Shown here: piece by piece, positions 30,701 to 45,520 of the stretch
How positions within the stretch are numbered: position 1 is the first letter of the stretch
Layout: the number at the start of each line of letters is the position of its first letter
Assembly: GCF_009914755.1 (NCBI RefSeq)
Contig: NC_060937.1
DNA from: the human T2T-CHM13v2.0 reference genome, Homo sapiens
Direction: 5' to 3' (one strand)
DNA length: 64,000 nt
Notes under the pieces: model-generated
What the model was told of the DNA's origin: nothing
What the model saw: only the letters and a program-made list of their open reading frames with translations
Database searches by the model: none
Translations under genes and position numbers: made by a program

Positions 30701-33700
30701 ATTATATACTGTACATAAAATATCAAAGTACCCCAAATATATATTATATACTCTACATGAAAAATCAAAGTTCACAAACTATATATTATATACTGTACAT
30801 AAAATATCCAAGTACCCAAGGTATATATTCTATACTGTACAAAAAATATCAACGTACCCAAAGCATGTCTTATATACTCTATATAAAATATGAAAGTACA
30901 TCACATATATATTTTATTCTGTACATAAAATATCAAAGTACACCAGATATATATTCTATAGTGTACATAAAATAACAAAGTACACAAACTATAAATTATA
31001 TGCTGTACATAAAATATGAAATTACATCAAATATATATTAGGTACATAAAATATGAAAGTACATCAAATATAGATTATATACTGTACATAAAATATCAAT
31101 GTACCCCAAATATATATTTTATACTCTACATGAAATATCAAAGTTCACAAACCATATATTATATACTGTACATAAAATATTAAAGTACCCAAGGTATATA
31201 TTCTATACTGTACAAAAAATATCAAAGTACCCAAAGCATGTATTATATACTGTACATAAAATATGAAAGTACATCAAATATATATTTTATTCTGTACATA
31301 AAATATCAAAGTACACCAGATATATATTCTATAGTGTACATAAAATATCAAAGTACCCAAACTATACATTATATACTGTACATAAAATATGAAATTACAT
31401 CAAATATATATTATATTAGGTACATAAAATATGAAAGCACATCAAATATAGATTATATACTGTACATAAAATACCAAAGTACCCCAAATATATATTTTAT
31501 ACTGTACATCAAATATCAAAGTTCACAAACTATATATTATATACTGTACATAAAATATCAAAGTACCCATGGTATATATTCTACACTGTACAAAAAATAT
31601 CAAAGTACCCAAAGCATGTATTATATACTGTATATAAAATATGAAAGTACATCACATATATATTTTATTCTGTACATAAAATATCAAAGTACACCAGATA
31701 TATATTCTATAGTGTACATAAAATGACAAAGTTCAAAAACTATAAATTATATGCTGTACATAAAATATGATATTACATCAAATATATATTAGGTACATAA
31801 AATATGAAAGTACATCAAATATAGATTATATACTGTACATAAAATATCAATGTACCCCAAATATATATTTTATACTCTACATGAAACATGAAAGTTCACA
31901 AACCATATATTATATACTGTACATAAAATATCAAAGTACCCAAGGTATATATTCTATACTGTACAAAAAATATCAAAGTACACAAAGCATGTATTATATA
32001 TTTACATGAAATATGAAACTACATCAAATATATATTTTATTCTGTACATAAAATATGAAAGTACACCAGATATATATTCTATAGTGTACATAAAATATCA
32101 ACGTACCCAAACTATACATTATATACTGTACATAAAATATGAAATTACATCAAATATATATTATATTAGGTACATAAAATATGAAAGCACATCAAATATA
32201 GATTATATACTGTACTTTAAATACCAAAGTACCCCAAATATATATTTTATACTGTACATCAAATATCAAAGTTCACAAACTATATATTATATACTGTACA
32301 TAAAATATCAAAGTACCAATGGTATATATTCTATACTGTACAAAAAATATCAAAGTACCCAAAGCATGTATTATATACTGTACATAAAATATGAAAGTAC
32401 ATCAAATATATATTTTATTCTGTACATAAAATATCAAAGTACACCAGATATATATTCTATAGTGTACATAAAATATCAAAGTACCCAAACTATACATTAT
32501 ATACTGTACATAAAATATGAAATTACATCAAATATATATTATATTAGGTACATAAAATATGAAAGCACATCAAATATAGATTATATACTGTACATTAAAT
32601 ACCAAAGTACCCCAAATATATATTTTATACTGTACATCAAATATCAAAGTTCACAAACTATATATTATATACTGTACATAAAATATCAAAGTACCCATGG
32701 TATATATTCTACACTGTACAAAAAATATCAAAGTACCCAAAGCATGTATTATATACTGTATATAAAATATGAAAGTACATCACATATATATTTTATTCTG
32801 TACATAAAATATCAAAGTACACCAGATATATATTCTATAGTGTACATAAAATAACAAAGTACAAAAACTATAAATTATATGCTGTACATAAAATATGAAA
32901 TTACCTCAAATATATATTAGGTACATAAAATATGAAAGTACATCAAATATAGATTATATACTGTACATAAAATATCAATGTACCCCAAATATATATTTTA
33001 TACTCTACATGAAATATCAAAGTTCACAAACCATATATTATATACTGTACATAAAATATCAAAGTACCCAAGGTATATATTCTATACTGTACAAAAAATA
33101 TCAAAGTACCCAAAGCATGTATTATATACTGTACATAAAATATGAAACTACATCAAATATATATTTTATTCTGTACATAAAATATCAAAGTACACCAGAT
33201 ATATATTCTATAGTGTACATAAAATATCAACGTACCCAAACTATACTTTATATACTGTACATAAAATATGAAATTACATCAAATATATATTATATTAGGT
33301 ACATAAAATATGAAAGCACATCAAATATAGATTATATACTGTACTTTAAATACCAAAATACCCCAAATATATATTTTATACTGTACATCAAATATCAAAG
33401 TTCACAAACTATATATTATATACTGTACATAAAATATCAAAGTACCCATGGTATATATTCTATACTGTACAAAAAATATCAAAGTACCCAAAGCATGTAT
33501 TATATACTGTAAATAAAATATGAAAGTACATCAAATATATATTTTATTCTGTACATAAAATATCAAAGTACACCAGATATATATTCTATAGTGTACATAA
33601 AATATAAAAGTACCCAAACTATACATTATATACTGTACATAAAATATGAAATTACATCAAATATATATTAGGTACATAAAATATGAAAGTACATCAAATA

Positions 33701-36700
33701 TAGATTATATACTGTACATAAAATATCAAAGTACCCCAAATATATATTATATACTCTACATCAAATATCAAAGTTCACAACTATATATTATATACTGTAC
33801 ATAAAATATCAAACTACCCAAGGTATTTATTCTATACTGTACAAAAAATATCAAAGTACCCAAAGCATGTATTATATACTGTATATAAAATATGAAAGTA
33901 CATTAAATATATATTTTATTCTGTACATAAAATATCAAAGTACACCAGATATATATTCTATAGTGTACATAAAATAACAAAGTACACAAACTATAAATTA
34001 TATACTGTACATAAAATATGAAATTACATCAAATATATATTAGGTACATAAAATATGAAAGTACATCAAATATAGATTATATACTGTACATATAATATCA
34101 ATGTACCCCAAATATATATTTTATACTCTAGATGAAATATCAAAGTTCACAAACCATACATTATATACTGCACATAAAATATCAAAGTACCCAAGGTATA
34201 TATTCTATACTGTACAAAAAATATCAAAGTACCCAAAGCATGTATTTTATACTGTACATAAAATATGAAAGTACATCAAATATATATTTTATTCTGTACA
34301 TAAAATATCAAAGTACACCAGATATATATTCTATAGTGTACATAAAATATCAAAGTACCCAAACTATACATTATATACTGTACATAAAATATGAAATTAC
34401 ATCAAATATATATTAGGTACATAAAATATGAAAGTACATCAAATATAGATTATATACTGTACATAAAATATCAATGTACCCCAAATATATATTTTATACT
34501 CTACATGAAATATCAAAGTTCACAAACCATATATTATATAATGTACATATAATATCAAAGTACCCAAGGTATATATTCTATACTGTACAAAAAATATCAA
34601 ATTACCCAAAGCATTTATTATATACTGTACATAAAATATGAAAGTACATCAAATATATATTTTATTCTGTACATAAAATATCAAAGTACACCAGATATAT
34701 ATTCTATAGTGTACATAAAATATCAAAGTACCCAAACTATACATTATACACTGTACATAAAATATGAAATTACATCAAATATATATTATATTAGGTACAT
34801 AAAATATGAAAGTACATCAAATATAGATTATATACTGTACATAAAATACCAAAGTACCCCAAATATATATTTTATACTGTACATGAAATATCAAAGTTCA
34901 CACACTATATATTATATACTGTACATAAATTATCAAAGTACCCAAGGTATATATTCTATACTGTACAAAAAATATCAAAGTACCCAAAGCATGTATTATA
35001 TATTGTACATAAAATATGAAAGTACATCAAATATATATTTTATTCTGTACATAAAATATCAAAGTACACCAGATATATATTCTATAGTGTACATAAAATA
35101 TCAACGTACCCAAACTATACATTATATACTGTACATAAAATATGAAATTACATCAAATATATATTATATTAGGTACATAAAATATGAAAGTACATCAAAT
35201 ATAGATTATATACTGTACATAAAATATCAAAGTACCCCAAATATATATTATATACTCTACATGAAATATCAAAGTTCACAAACTATATATTATATACTGT
35301 ACATAAAATATCAAAGTACCCAAGGTATATATTCTATACTGTACAAAAAATATCAAAGTATCCAAAGCATGTATTATATACTGTATATAAAATATGAAAG
35401 TACATTAAATATATATTTTATTCTGTACATAAAATATCAAAGTACACCAGATATATATTCTATAGTGTACATAAAATAACAAAGTACGCAAACTATAAAT
35501 TATATACTGTACATAAAATATGAAATTACATCAAATATATATTAGGTACATAAAATATGAAAGTACATCAAATATATATTATATTCTGTACATATAATAT
35601 CAATGTACCCCAAATATATATTTTATACTCTACATGAAATATCAAAGTTCACAAACCATACATTATATACTGTACATAAAATATCAAAGTACCCAAGGTA
35701 TATATTCTATACTGTACAAAAAATATCAAAGTACCCAAAGCATGTATTATATACTGTACATAAAATATGAAAGTACATCAAATATATATTTTATTCTGTA
35801 CATAAAATATCAAAGTACACCAGATATATATTCTATAGTGTACATAAAATATCAAAGTACCCAAACTATACATTATATACTGTACATAAAATATGAAATT
35901 ACATCAAATATATATTATATTAGGTACATAAAATATGAAAGTACATCAAATATAGATTATACACTGTACATAAAATATCAAAGTACCCCAAATATATATT
36001 ATATACTGTACATGAAATATCAAAGTTCACAAACTATATATTATATACTGTACATAAAATATCAAAGTACCCAAGGTATATATTCTATACTGTACAAAAA
36101 ATATGAAAGTACCCAAAGCATGTATTATATACTGTATATAAAATATGAAAGTAAATTAAATATATATTTTATTCTGTACATAAAATATCAAAGTACACCA
36201 GATATATATTCTATAGTGTACATAAAATAACAAAGTACACAAACTATAAATTATATACTGTACATAAAATATGAAATTACATCAAATATATATTAGGTAC
36301 ATAAAATATGAAAGTACATCAAATATAGATTATATACTGTACATAAAATATCAATGTACCCCAAGTATATATTTTATACTCTACATGAAATATCAAAGTT
36401 CACAAACCATATATTATATACTGTACATAAAATATCAAAGTACCAAAGGTATATATTCTATACTGTACAAAAAATATCAAAGTACCCAAAGCATGTATTA
36501 TATACTGTACATAAAATATGAAAGTACATCAAATAAATATTTTATTCTGTACATAAAATATCAAAGTACACCAGATAAATATTCTATAGTGTACATAAAA
36601 TATCAAAGTACCCAAACTATTGATTATATACTGTACATAAAATATGAAATTACATCAAATATATATTATATTAGGTACATAAAATATGAAAGTACATCAA

Positions 36701-39700
36701 ATATAGATTATATACTGTACATGAAATACCAAAGTACCCCAAATATATATTTTATACGGTAAATGAAATATCAAAGTTCACAAACTATATATTATATACT
36801 GTATATAAAATATCAAAGTACCCAAGGTATATATTCTATACTGTACAAAAAATATCAAAGTACCCAAAGCATGTATTATATACTGTACATAAAATATGAA
36901 AGTACATCAAATATATATTTTATTCTGTACATAAAATATCAAAGTACACCAGATATATATTCTATAGTGTACATAAAATATCAAAGTAACCAAACTATAC
37001 ATTATATACTGTACATAAAATATGAAATTACATCAAATTTATATTAGGTATATAAAATATGAAAGTACATCAAATATAGATTATATACTGTACATAAAAT
37101 ACCAAAGTACCCCAAATATATATTTTATACTGTACATCAAATATCAAAGTTCACAAACTATATATTATATACTGTACATAAAATATCAAAGTACCCATGG
37201 TATATATTCTACACTGTACAAAAAATATCAAAGTACCCAAAGCATGTATTATATACTGTATATAAAATATGAAAGTACATCACATATATATTTTATTCTG
37301 TACATAAAATATCAAAGTACACCAGATATATATTCTATAGTGTACATAAAATAACAAAGTACAAAAACTATAAATTATATGCTGTACATAAAATATGAAA
37401 TTACCTCAAATATATATTAGGTACATAAAATATGAAAGTACATCAAATATAGATTATATACTGTACATAAAATATCAATGTACCCCAAATATATATTTTA
37501 TACTCTACATGAAATATCAAAGTTCACAAACCATATATTATATACTGTACATAAAATATCAAAGTACCCAAGGTATATATTCTATACTGTACAAAAAATA
37601 TCAAAGTACCCAAAGCATGTATTATATACTGTACATAAAATATGAAACTACATCAAATATATATTTTATTCTGTACATAAAATATCAAAGTACACCAGAT
37701 ATATATTCTATAGTGTACATAAAATATCAACGTACCCAAACTATACATTATATACTGTACATAAAATATGAAATTACATCAAATATATATTATATTAGGT
37801 ACATAAAATATGAAAGTACATCAAATATAGATTATATACTGTACATAAAATATCAAAGTACCCCAAATATATATTATATACTCTACATGAAATATCAAAG
37901 TTCACAAACTATATATTATATACTGTACATAAAATATCAAAGTACCCAAGGTATATATTCTATACTGTACAAAAAATATCAAAGTATCCAAAGCATGTAT
38001 TATATACTGTATATAAAATATGAAAGTATATTAAATATATATTTTATTCTGTACATAAAATATCAAAGTACACCAGATATATATTCTATAGTGTACATAA
38101 AATAACAAAGTACGCAAACTATAAATTATATACTGTACATAAAATATGAAATTACATCAAATATATATTAGGTACATAAAATATGAAAATACATCCAATA
38201 TAGTTTATATACTGTACATAAAATACCAAAGTACCCCAAATATATATTTTATACTGTACATGAAATATCAAATTCACAAGCTATATATTATATACTGTAC
38301 ATAAAATATCAAAGTACCCTAGGTATATATTCTATACTGTACAAAAAATATCAAAGTACCCAAAGCATGTATTATATACTGTACATAAAATATGAAAGTA
38401 CATCAAATATATATTTTATTCTGTACATAAAATATCAAAGTAAACCAAATATATATTCTATACTGTACATAAAATATCAAAGTATCCATACTATACATTA
38501 TATACTGTAAATAAAATATGAAATTACATCAAATATATATTATATTAGGTACATAAAATATGAAAGTACATCAAATATATATTATATACTGTACATAAAA
38601 TACCAAAGTACCCCAAATATATATTTTATACTGTACATGAAATATCAAAGTTCACAAACTATATATTATATACTGTACATAAAATATCAAAGTACCCAAG
38701 GTATATATTCTATACTGTACAAAAAATATCAAAGTACCCAAACATGTATTATATACTGTACATGAAATATGAAAGTACATCAAATATATATTTTATTCTG
38801 TACATAAAATATCAAAGTACACCAAATATATATTCTATACTGTACATAAAATATTAAAGTACCCAAACTATACATTATATACTGTACATAAAATATGAAA
38901 TTACATCAAATATATATTATATTAGGTACACAAAATATGAAAATACATCCAATATAGATTATATACTGTACATAAAATACCAAAGTACCCCAAATGTATA
39001 TTTTATACTGTACATGAAATATCAAAGTTCACAAGCTATATATTATATACTGTACATAAAATATCAAAATACTCAAGGTATATATTCTATACTCTACAAA
39101 AAATATCAAAGTACCCAGAGCATGTATTATATACTGTACATAAAATATGAAAGTACATCAAATATATATTTTATTCTGTACAAAAAATATCAAAGTACAC
39201 CAAATATATATTCTATACTGTACATAAAATATCAAAGTACCCAAACTATACATTATATACTGTACATAAAATATGAAATTACATCAAATATATATTATAT
39301 TAGGTACAGAAAATATGAAAGTACATCAAATATAGATTATATACTGTACATAAATCACCAAAGTACCCCAAATATATATTTTATACTGTACATGAAATAT
39401 CAAACTTCAGAAACTATATATTATATACTGTACATAAAATATCAAAGTACTGAAAGTATATATTCTATACTGTACAAAAAATATCAAAGTACCCAAAGCA
39501 TGTATTATATACTGTACATGAAATATGAAAGTACATCAAATATATATTTTATTCTGTACATAAAATATCAAAGTACACCAAATATATATTCTTTACTGTA
39601 CATAAAATATCAAAGTACCCAAACTATACATTATATACTTTACATAAAATATGAAATTACATCAAATATATATTATATTAGGTACATAAAATATGAAAGT

Positions 39701-42599
39701 ACATCAAATATACATTATATACTGTACATAAAATACCAAAGTACCCCAAATATATATTTTATACTGTACATGAAATATCAAAGTTCACAAACTATATATT
39801 ATATACTGTACATAAAATATCAAAGTACTCAAGGTATATATTCTATACTGTACAAAAAATATCAAAGTACCCAAAGCATGTATTATATACTGTACATAAA
39901 ATATGAAAGTACATGAAATATATATTTTATTGTGTACAAAAAATATCAAAGTACACCAAATATATATTCTATACTGTACATAAAATATCAAAGTACCCAA
40001 ACTATACATTATATACTGTACATAAAATATGAAATTACATCAAATATATATTATATTAGGTACATAAAATATGAAAGTACATCAAATATAGATTATATAC
40101 TGTACATAAAATACCAAAGTACCCCAAATATATATATTATATTGTACATGAAATATCAAAGTTCACAAACTATATATTATATACTGTACATAAAATATCA
40201 AAGTACCCAAGGTATATATTCTATACTGTACAAAAAATATCAAAGTACCCAAAGCATGTATTATATACTGTACATAAAACATGAAAATACATGAAATATA
40301 TATTTTATTGTGTACAAAAAATATCAAAGTACACCAAATATATATTCTATACTGTACATAAAATATCAAAGTACCCAAACTATACATTATATACTGTACA
40401 TAATATATCAAATTACATCAAATATATATTAGTTACATAAAATATGAAAGTACATCAAATATAGATTATATACTGTACATAAAATACCAAAGTACCCCAA
40501 ATAAATAATTTATACTGTACATGAAATATCAAAGTTCACAAACTATATATTATATACTGCACATAAAATATCAAATCACCCAAGGTATATATTCTATACT
40601 GTACAAAAAATATCAAAGTACCCAAAGCATGTATTATATACTGTACATAAAATATGAAAGTACATCAAATATATATTTTATTCTGTACATAAAATATCAA
40701 AGTACACCAAATATATATTCTATAGTGTACAAAAAATATCAAAGTACCCAAACTATACATTATATACTGTACATAAAATATGAAATTACATCAAATATAT
40801 ATTATATTAGGTACATAAAATATGAAAGTACATGAAATATATATTATATACTGTACATAAAATACCAAAGTACCCCAAATATATATATTATATTGTACAT
40901 GAAATATCAAAGTTCACAAACTATATATTATATACTGTACATAAAATATGAATGTATCCAAGGTATATATTCTATACTATACAAAAAGTATCAAAGTTCC
41001 CAAAACATGTATTATATACTGTACATAAAATATGAAAGTGCATCAAATATATATTTTATTCTGTACATAAAATATCAAAGTACACCAAATATATATTCTA
41101 TACTGTACAAAAAATATCAAAGCACCCAAACTATACATTATGTACTGTACATAAAATATGAAATTACATCAAATATATATTAGTTACATAAAATATGAAA
41201 GTACATCAAATATAGATTATATCCTCTACGTAAAATACCAAAGTACCCCAAATAAATATTTTATACTGTACATGAAATATCAAAGTTCACAAACTATATA
41301 TTATATACTGCACATAAAATATCAAATCACCCAAGGTATATATTCTATACTATACAAAAAATATCAAAGTACCCAAAGCATGTATTATATACTGTACATA
41401 AAATAGGAAAGTACATCAAATATATATTTTATTCTGTACATAAAATATCAAAGTACACCAAATATATATTCTATAGTGTACATAAAATATCAAAGTACCC
41501 AAACTATACATTATATACTGTACATAAAATATGAAATTACATCAAATATATATTATATTAGGTACAGAAAATATGAAAGTACATCAAATATAGATTATAT
41601 ACTCTACATAAAATATCAAAGTACCCCAAATATATATAATATACTGTACATGAAATATCAAAGTTCACAAACTATATATTATATACTGTACATAAAATAT
41701 GAGTGTACCCAAGGTATATATTCTATACTATACAAAAAGTATCAAAGTACCCAAAACATGTATTATATACTGTACATAAAATATGAAAGTGCATCAAATA
41801 TATATTTTATTCTGTACATAAAATATAAAAGTACACCAAATATATATTCTATACTGTACATAAAATATCAAAGTACCCAAACTATACATTATATACAGTA
41901 CATAAAATATGAAATTACATCAAATATATATTAGTTAAGTAAAATATGAAAGTACGTCAAATATAGATTATAAACTGTACATAAAATACCAAAGTACCCC
42001 AAATATATATATTATATTGTACATGAAATATGAAAGTTCACAAACTATATATTATATACTATACATAAAATATCAAAGTACCCAAGGTATATATTCTATA
42101 CTGTACAAAAATATCAAAGTACCCAAAGCATGTATTATATACTGTACATAAAATATGAAAGTACATCAAATATATATTTTATTCTGTACATAAAATATCA
42201 AAGTACACCAAATATATATTCTATAGTGTACATAAAATATCAAAGTACCCAAACTATACATTATATACTGAACATAAAATATGAAATTACATCAAATATA
42301 TATTATATTAGGTACATAAAATATGAAAGTACATCAAATATAGATTATATACTGTACATAAAATACCAAAGTACCCCAAATATAGTTTATACTGTACATG
42401 AAATATCAATGTTCACAAACTATATATTATATACTGTACATAAAATATCAAAGTACCCAAGGTATATATTCTATACTGTACAAAAAATATCAAAGTACCC
42501 AAAGCATGTATTATATACTGTACATAAAATATGAAAGTACATGAAATATATATTTTATTCTGTACATAAAATATCAAAGTACACCAAATATATATTCTA

Positions 42600-44700
42600 T
42601 AGTGTACATAAAATATCAAAGTACCCAAACTATACCTTATATACTGTACATAAAATATGAAATTACATCAAATATATATTATATTAGGTACATAAAATAT
42701 GAAAGTACATCAAATATAGATTATATACTGTACATAAAATACCAAAGTACCCCAAATATATATTTTATACTGTACATGAAATATCAAAGTTCACAAACTA
42801 TATATTATATACTGTACATAAAATATCAAAGTACCCAAGGTATATATTGTATACTGTACAAAAAATATCAAAGTACCCAAACATGTATTATATACTGTAC
42901 ATGAAATATGAAAGTACATCAAATATATATTTTATTCTGTACATAAAATATCAAAGTACACCAAATATATATTCTATAGTGTACATAAAATATCAAAGTA
43001 CCCAAACTATACCTTATATACTGTACATAAAATATGAAATTACATCAAATATATATTATATTAGGTACAGAAAATATGAAAGTACATCAAATATAGATTA
43101 TATACTGTATATAAAATATCAAAGTACCCAAGGTATATATTCTATACTGTACAAAAAATATCAAAGTACCCAAACATGTATTATATACTGTACATGAAAT
43201 ATGAAAGTACATCAAATATATATTTTATTCTGTACATAAAATATCAAAGTACACCAAATATATATTCTATAGTGTACATAAAATATCAAAGTACCCAAAC
43301 TATACCTTATATACTGTACATAAAATATGAAATTACATCAAATATATATTATATTAGGTACATAAAATATGAAAGTACATCAGATATAGATTATATACTG
43401 TACATAAAATATCAAAGTACCCCAAATATATATTTTATACTGTACATGAAATATCAAAGTTCACAAACTATATATTATATACTGTACATAAAATATCAAA
43501 GTACCCAAGGTATATATTCTATACTGTACAAAAAATATCAAAGTACCCAAACATGTATTATATACTGTACATGAAATATGAAAGTACATCAAATATATAT
43601 TTTATTCTGTACATAAAATATCAAAGTACACCAAATATATATTGTATAGTGTACATAAAATATCAAAGTACCCAAACTATACCTTATATACTGTACATAA
43701 AATATGAAATTACATCAAATATATATTATATTAGGTACATAAAATATGAAAGTACATCAAATATAGATTATATACTGTACATAAAATACCAAAGTACCCC
43801 AAATATATATTTTATACTGTACATGAAATATCAAAGTTCACAAACTATATATTATATACTGTACATAAAATATCAAAGTACCCAAGGTATATATTCTATA
43901 CAGTACAAAAAATATCAAAGTACCCAAACATGTATTATATACTGTACATGAAATATGAAAGTACATCAAATATATATTTTATTCTGTACATAAAATATCA
44001 AAGTACACCAAATATATATTCTATAGTGTACATAAAATATCAAAGTACCCAAACTATACATTATATACTGTACATAAAATATGAAATTACATCAAATATA
44101 TATTATATTAGGTACATAAAATATGAAAGTACATCAAATATAGATTATATACTGTACATAAAATACCAAAGTACCCCAAATATATATTTTATACTGTACA
44201 TGAAATATCAAAGTTCACAAACTATATATTATATACTGTACATAACATATAAAAGTACCCAAGGTATATATTCTATACTGTACAAAAAATATCAAAGTAC
44301 CCAAACATGTATTATATACTGTACATGAAATATGAAAGTACATCAAATATATATTTTATTCTGTATATAAAATATCAAAGTACACCAAATATATATTCTA
44401 TAGTGTACATAAAATATCAAAGTACACAAACTATACCTTATATACTCTACATAAAATATGAAATTACATCAAATATATATTATATTAGGTACATAAAATA
44501 TGAAAGTACATCAAATATAGATTATATACTCTACATAAAATACCAAAGTACCCCAAATATATATTTTATACTGTACATGAAATATCAAAGTTCACAAACT
44601 ATATATTATATACTGTACATAAAATATCAAAGTACCCAAGGTATATATTCTATACTGTACAAAAAATATCAAAGTACCCAAACATGTATTATATACTGTA
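42600..44700 (+). repeat. Tandem run of 377-bp HOR variant
   Basis: ORF starts 43176, 43553, 43930, 44307 and 44684 are exactly 377 apart. A 1-bp deletion (CAAAGCATG to CAAACATG) is linked to CATGAAATATG and TATACCTTAT. Confidence 0.9.
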
Positions 44701-45520
44701 CATAAAATATGAAAGTACATCAAATATATATTTCATTCTGTACATAAAATATCAAAGTACACCAAATATATATTCTATAGTGTACATAAAATATCAAAGT
44801 ACCCAAACTATACATTATATACTGTACCTAAAATATGAAATTACATCAAATATGTATTATATTAGGTAAATAAAATATGAAAGTACAACAAATATAGATT
44901 ATGTAATGCACATAAAATACCAAATAACCCCAAATATATATTTTACACTGTACATGCAATATCAAAGCTCACAAACTATATATTATATACTGTACATAAA
45001 ATATCAAAGTACAGAAGGTATATATTCTATACTGTACAAAAAATATCAAAGTACCCAAAGCATGTATTAAATACTGTACATAAAATATGAAAGTACATCA
45101 AATATATATTTTATTCTGTACATAAAATATCAAAGTACACCAAATATATATTCTATAGTGTACATAAAATATCAAAGTACCCAAACTCTACATTATATAC
45201 TGTACATAAAATATGAAATTACATCAAATCTATATAACATTAGGTACATAAAATATGAAAGTACATCAAATATAAATTATATACTGTACATAAAATACCA
45301 AAGTACCCCAAATATATATTATATACTGTACATGAAATATCAAAGTTCACAAACTATATATTATATACTGTACATAAAATATCAAAGTACCCAAGGTATA
45401 TATTCTATACTGTACAAAAAATATCAAAGTACCCAAAGCATGTATTATATACTGTATATAAAATATGAAAGTACATCAAATATATATTTAATTGTGTACA
45501 TAAAATATCAAAGTACACCA
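44684..45520 (+). repeat. About 0.84-kb duplication of a diverged HOR pair (second copy about 48631-49467)
   Basis: Offset 3947 (45158/49105). Shared GTACCTAAAA, TACAACAAAT, TATGTAATG, CAAATAACCCC, AAAGCTCAC and TACAGAAGG variants. Confidence 0.85.

Larger units (their letters stand above)
11733..38180 (+). repeat. HOR subfamily A block 2 (mixed 373/378-bp units, many internal duplications)
   Basis: CCAGAT marker from about 11793 to about 38073. Last A-type 5-bp deletion at about 38165. Confidence 0.85.

Noticed and set aside
9482-42628. Short minus-strand hydrophobic ORFs (9482, 10237, 39785, 40163, 42413)
   Set aside because: They arise only where a SNP (ACATCAAA to ACATGAAA-like) removes a minus-strand TGA. 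They are antisense translations of the satellite.
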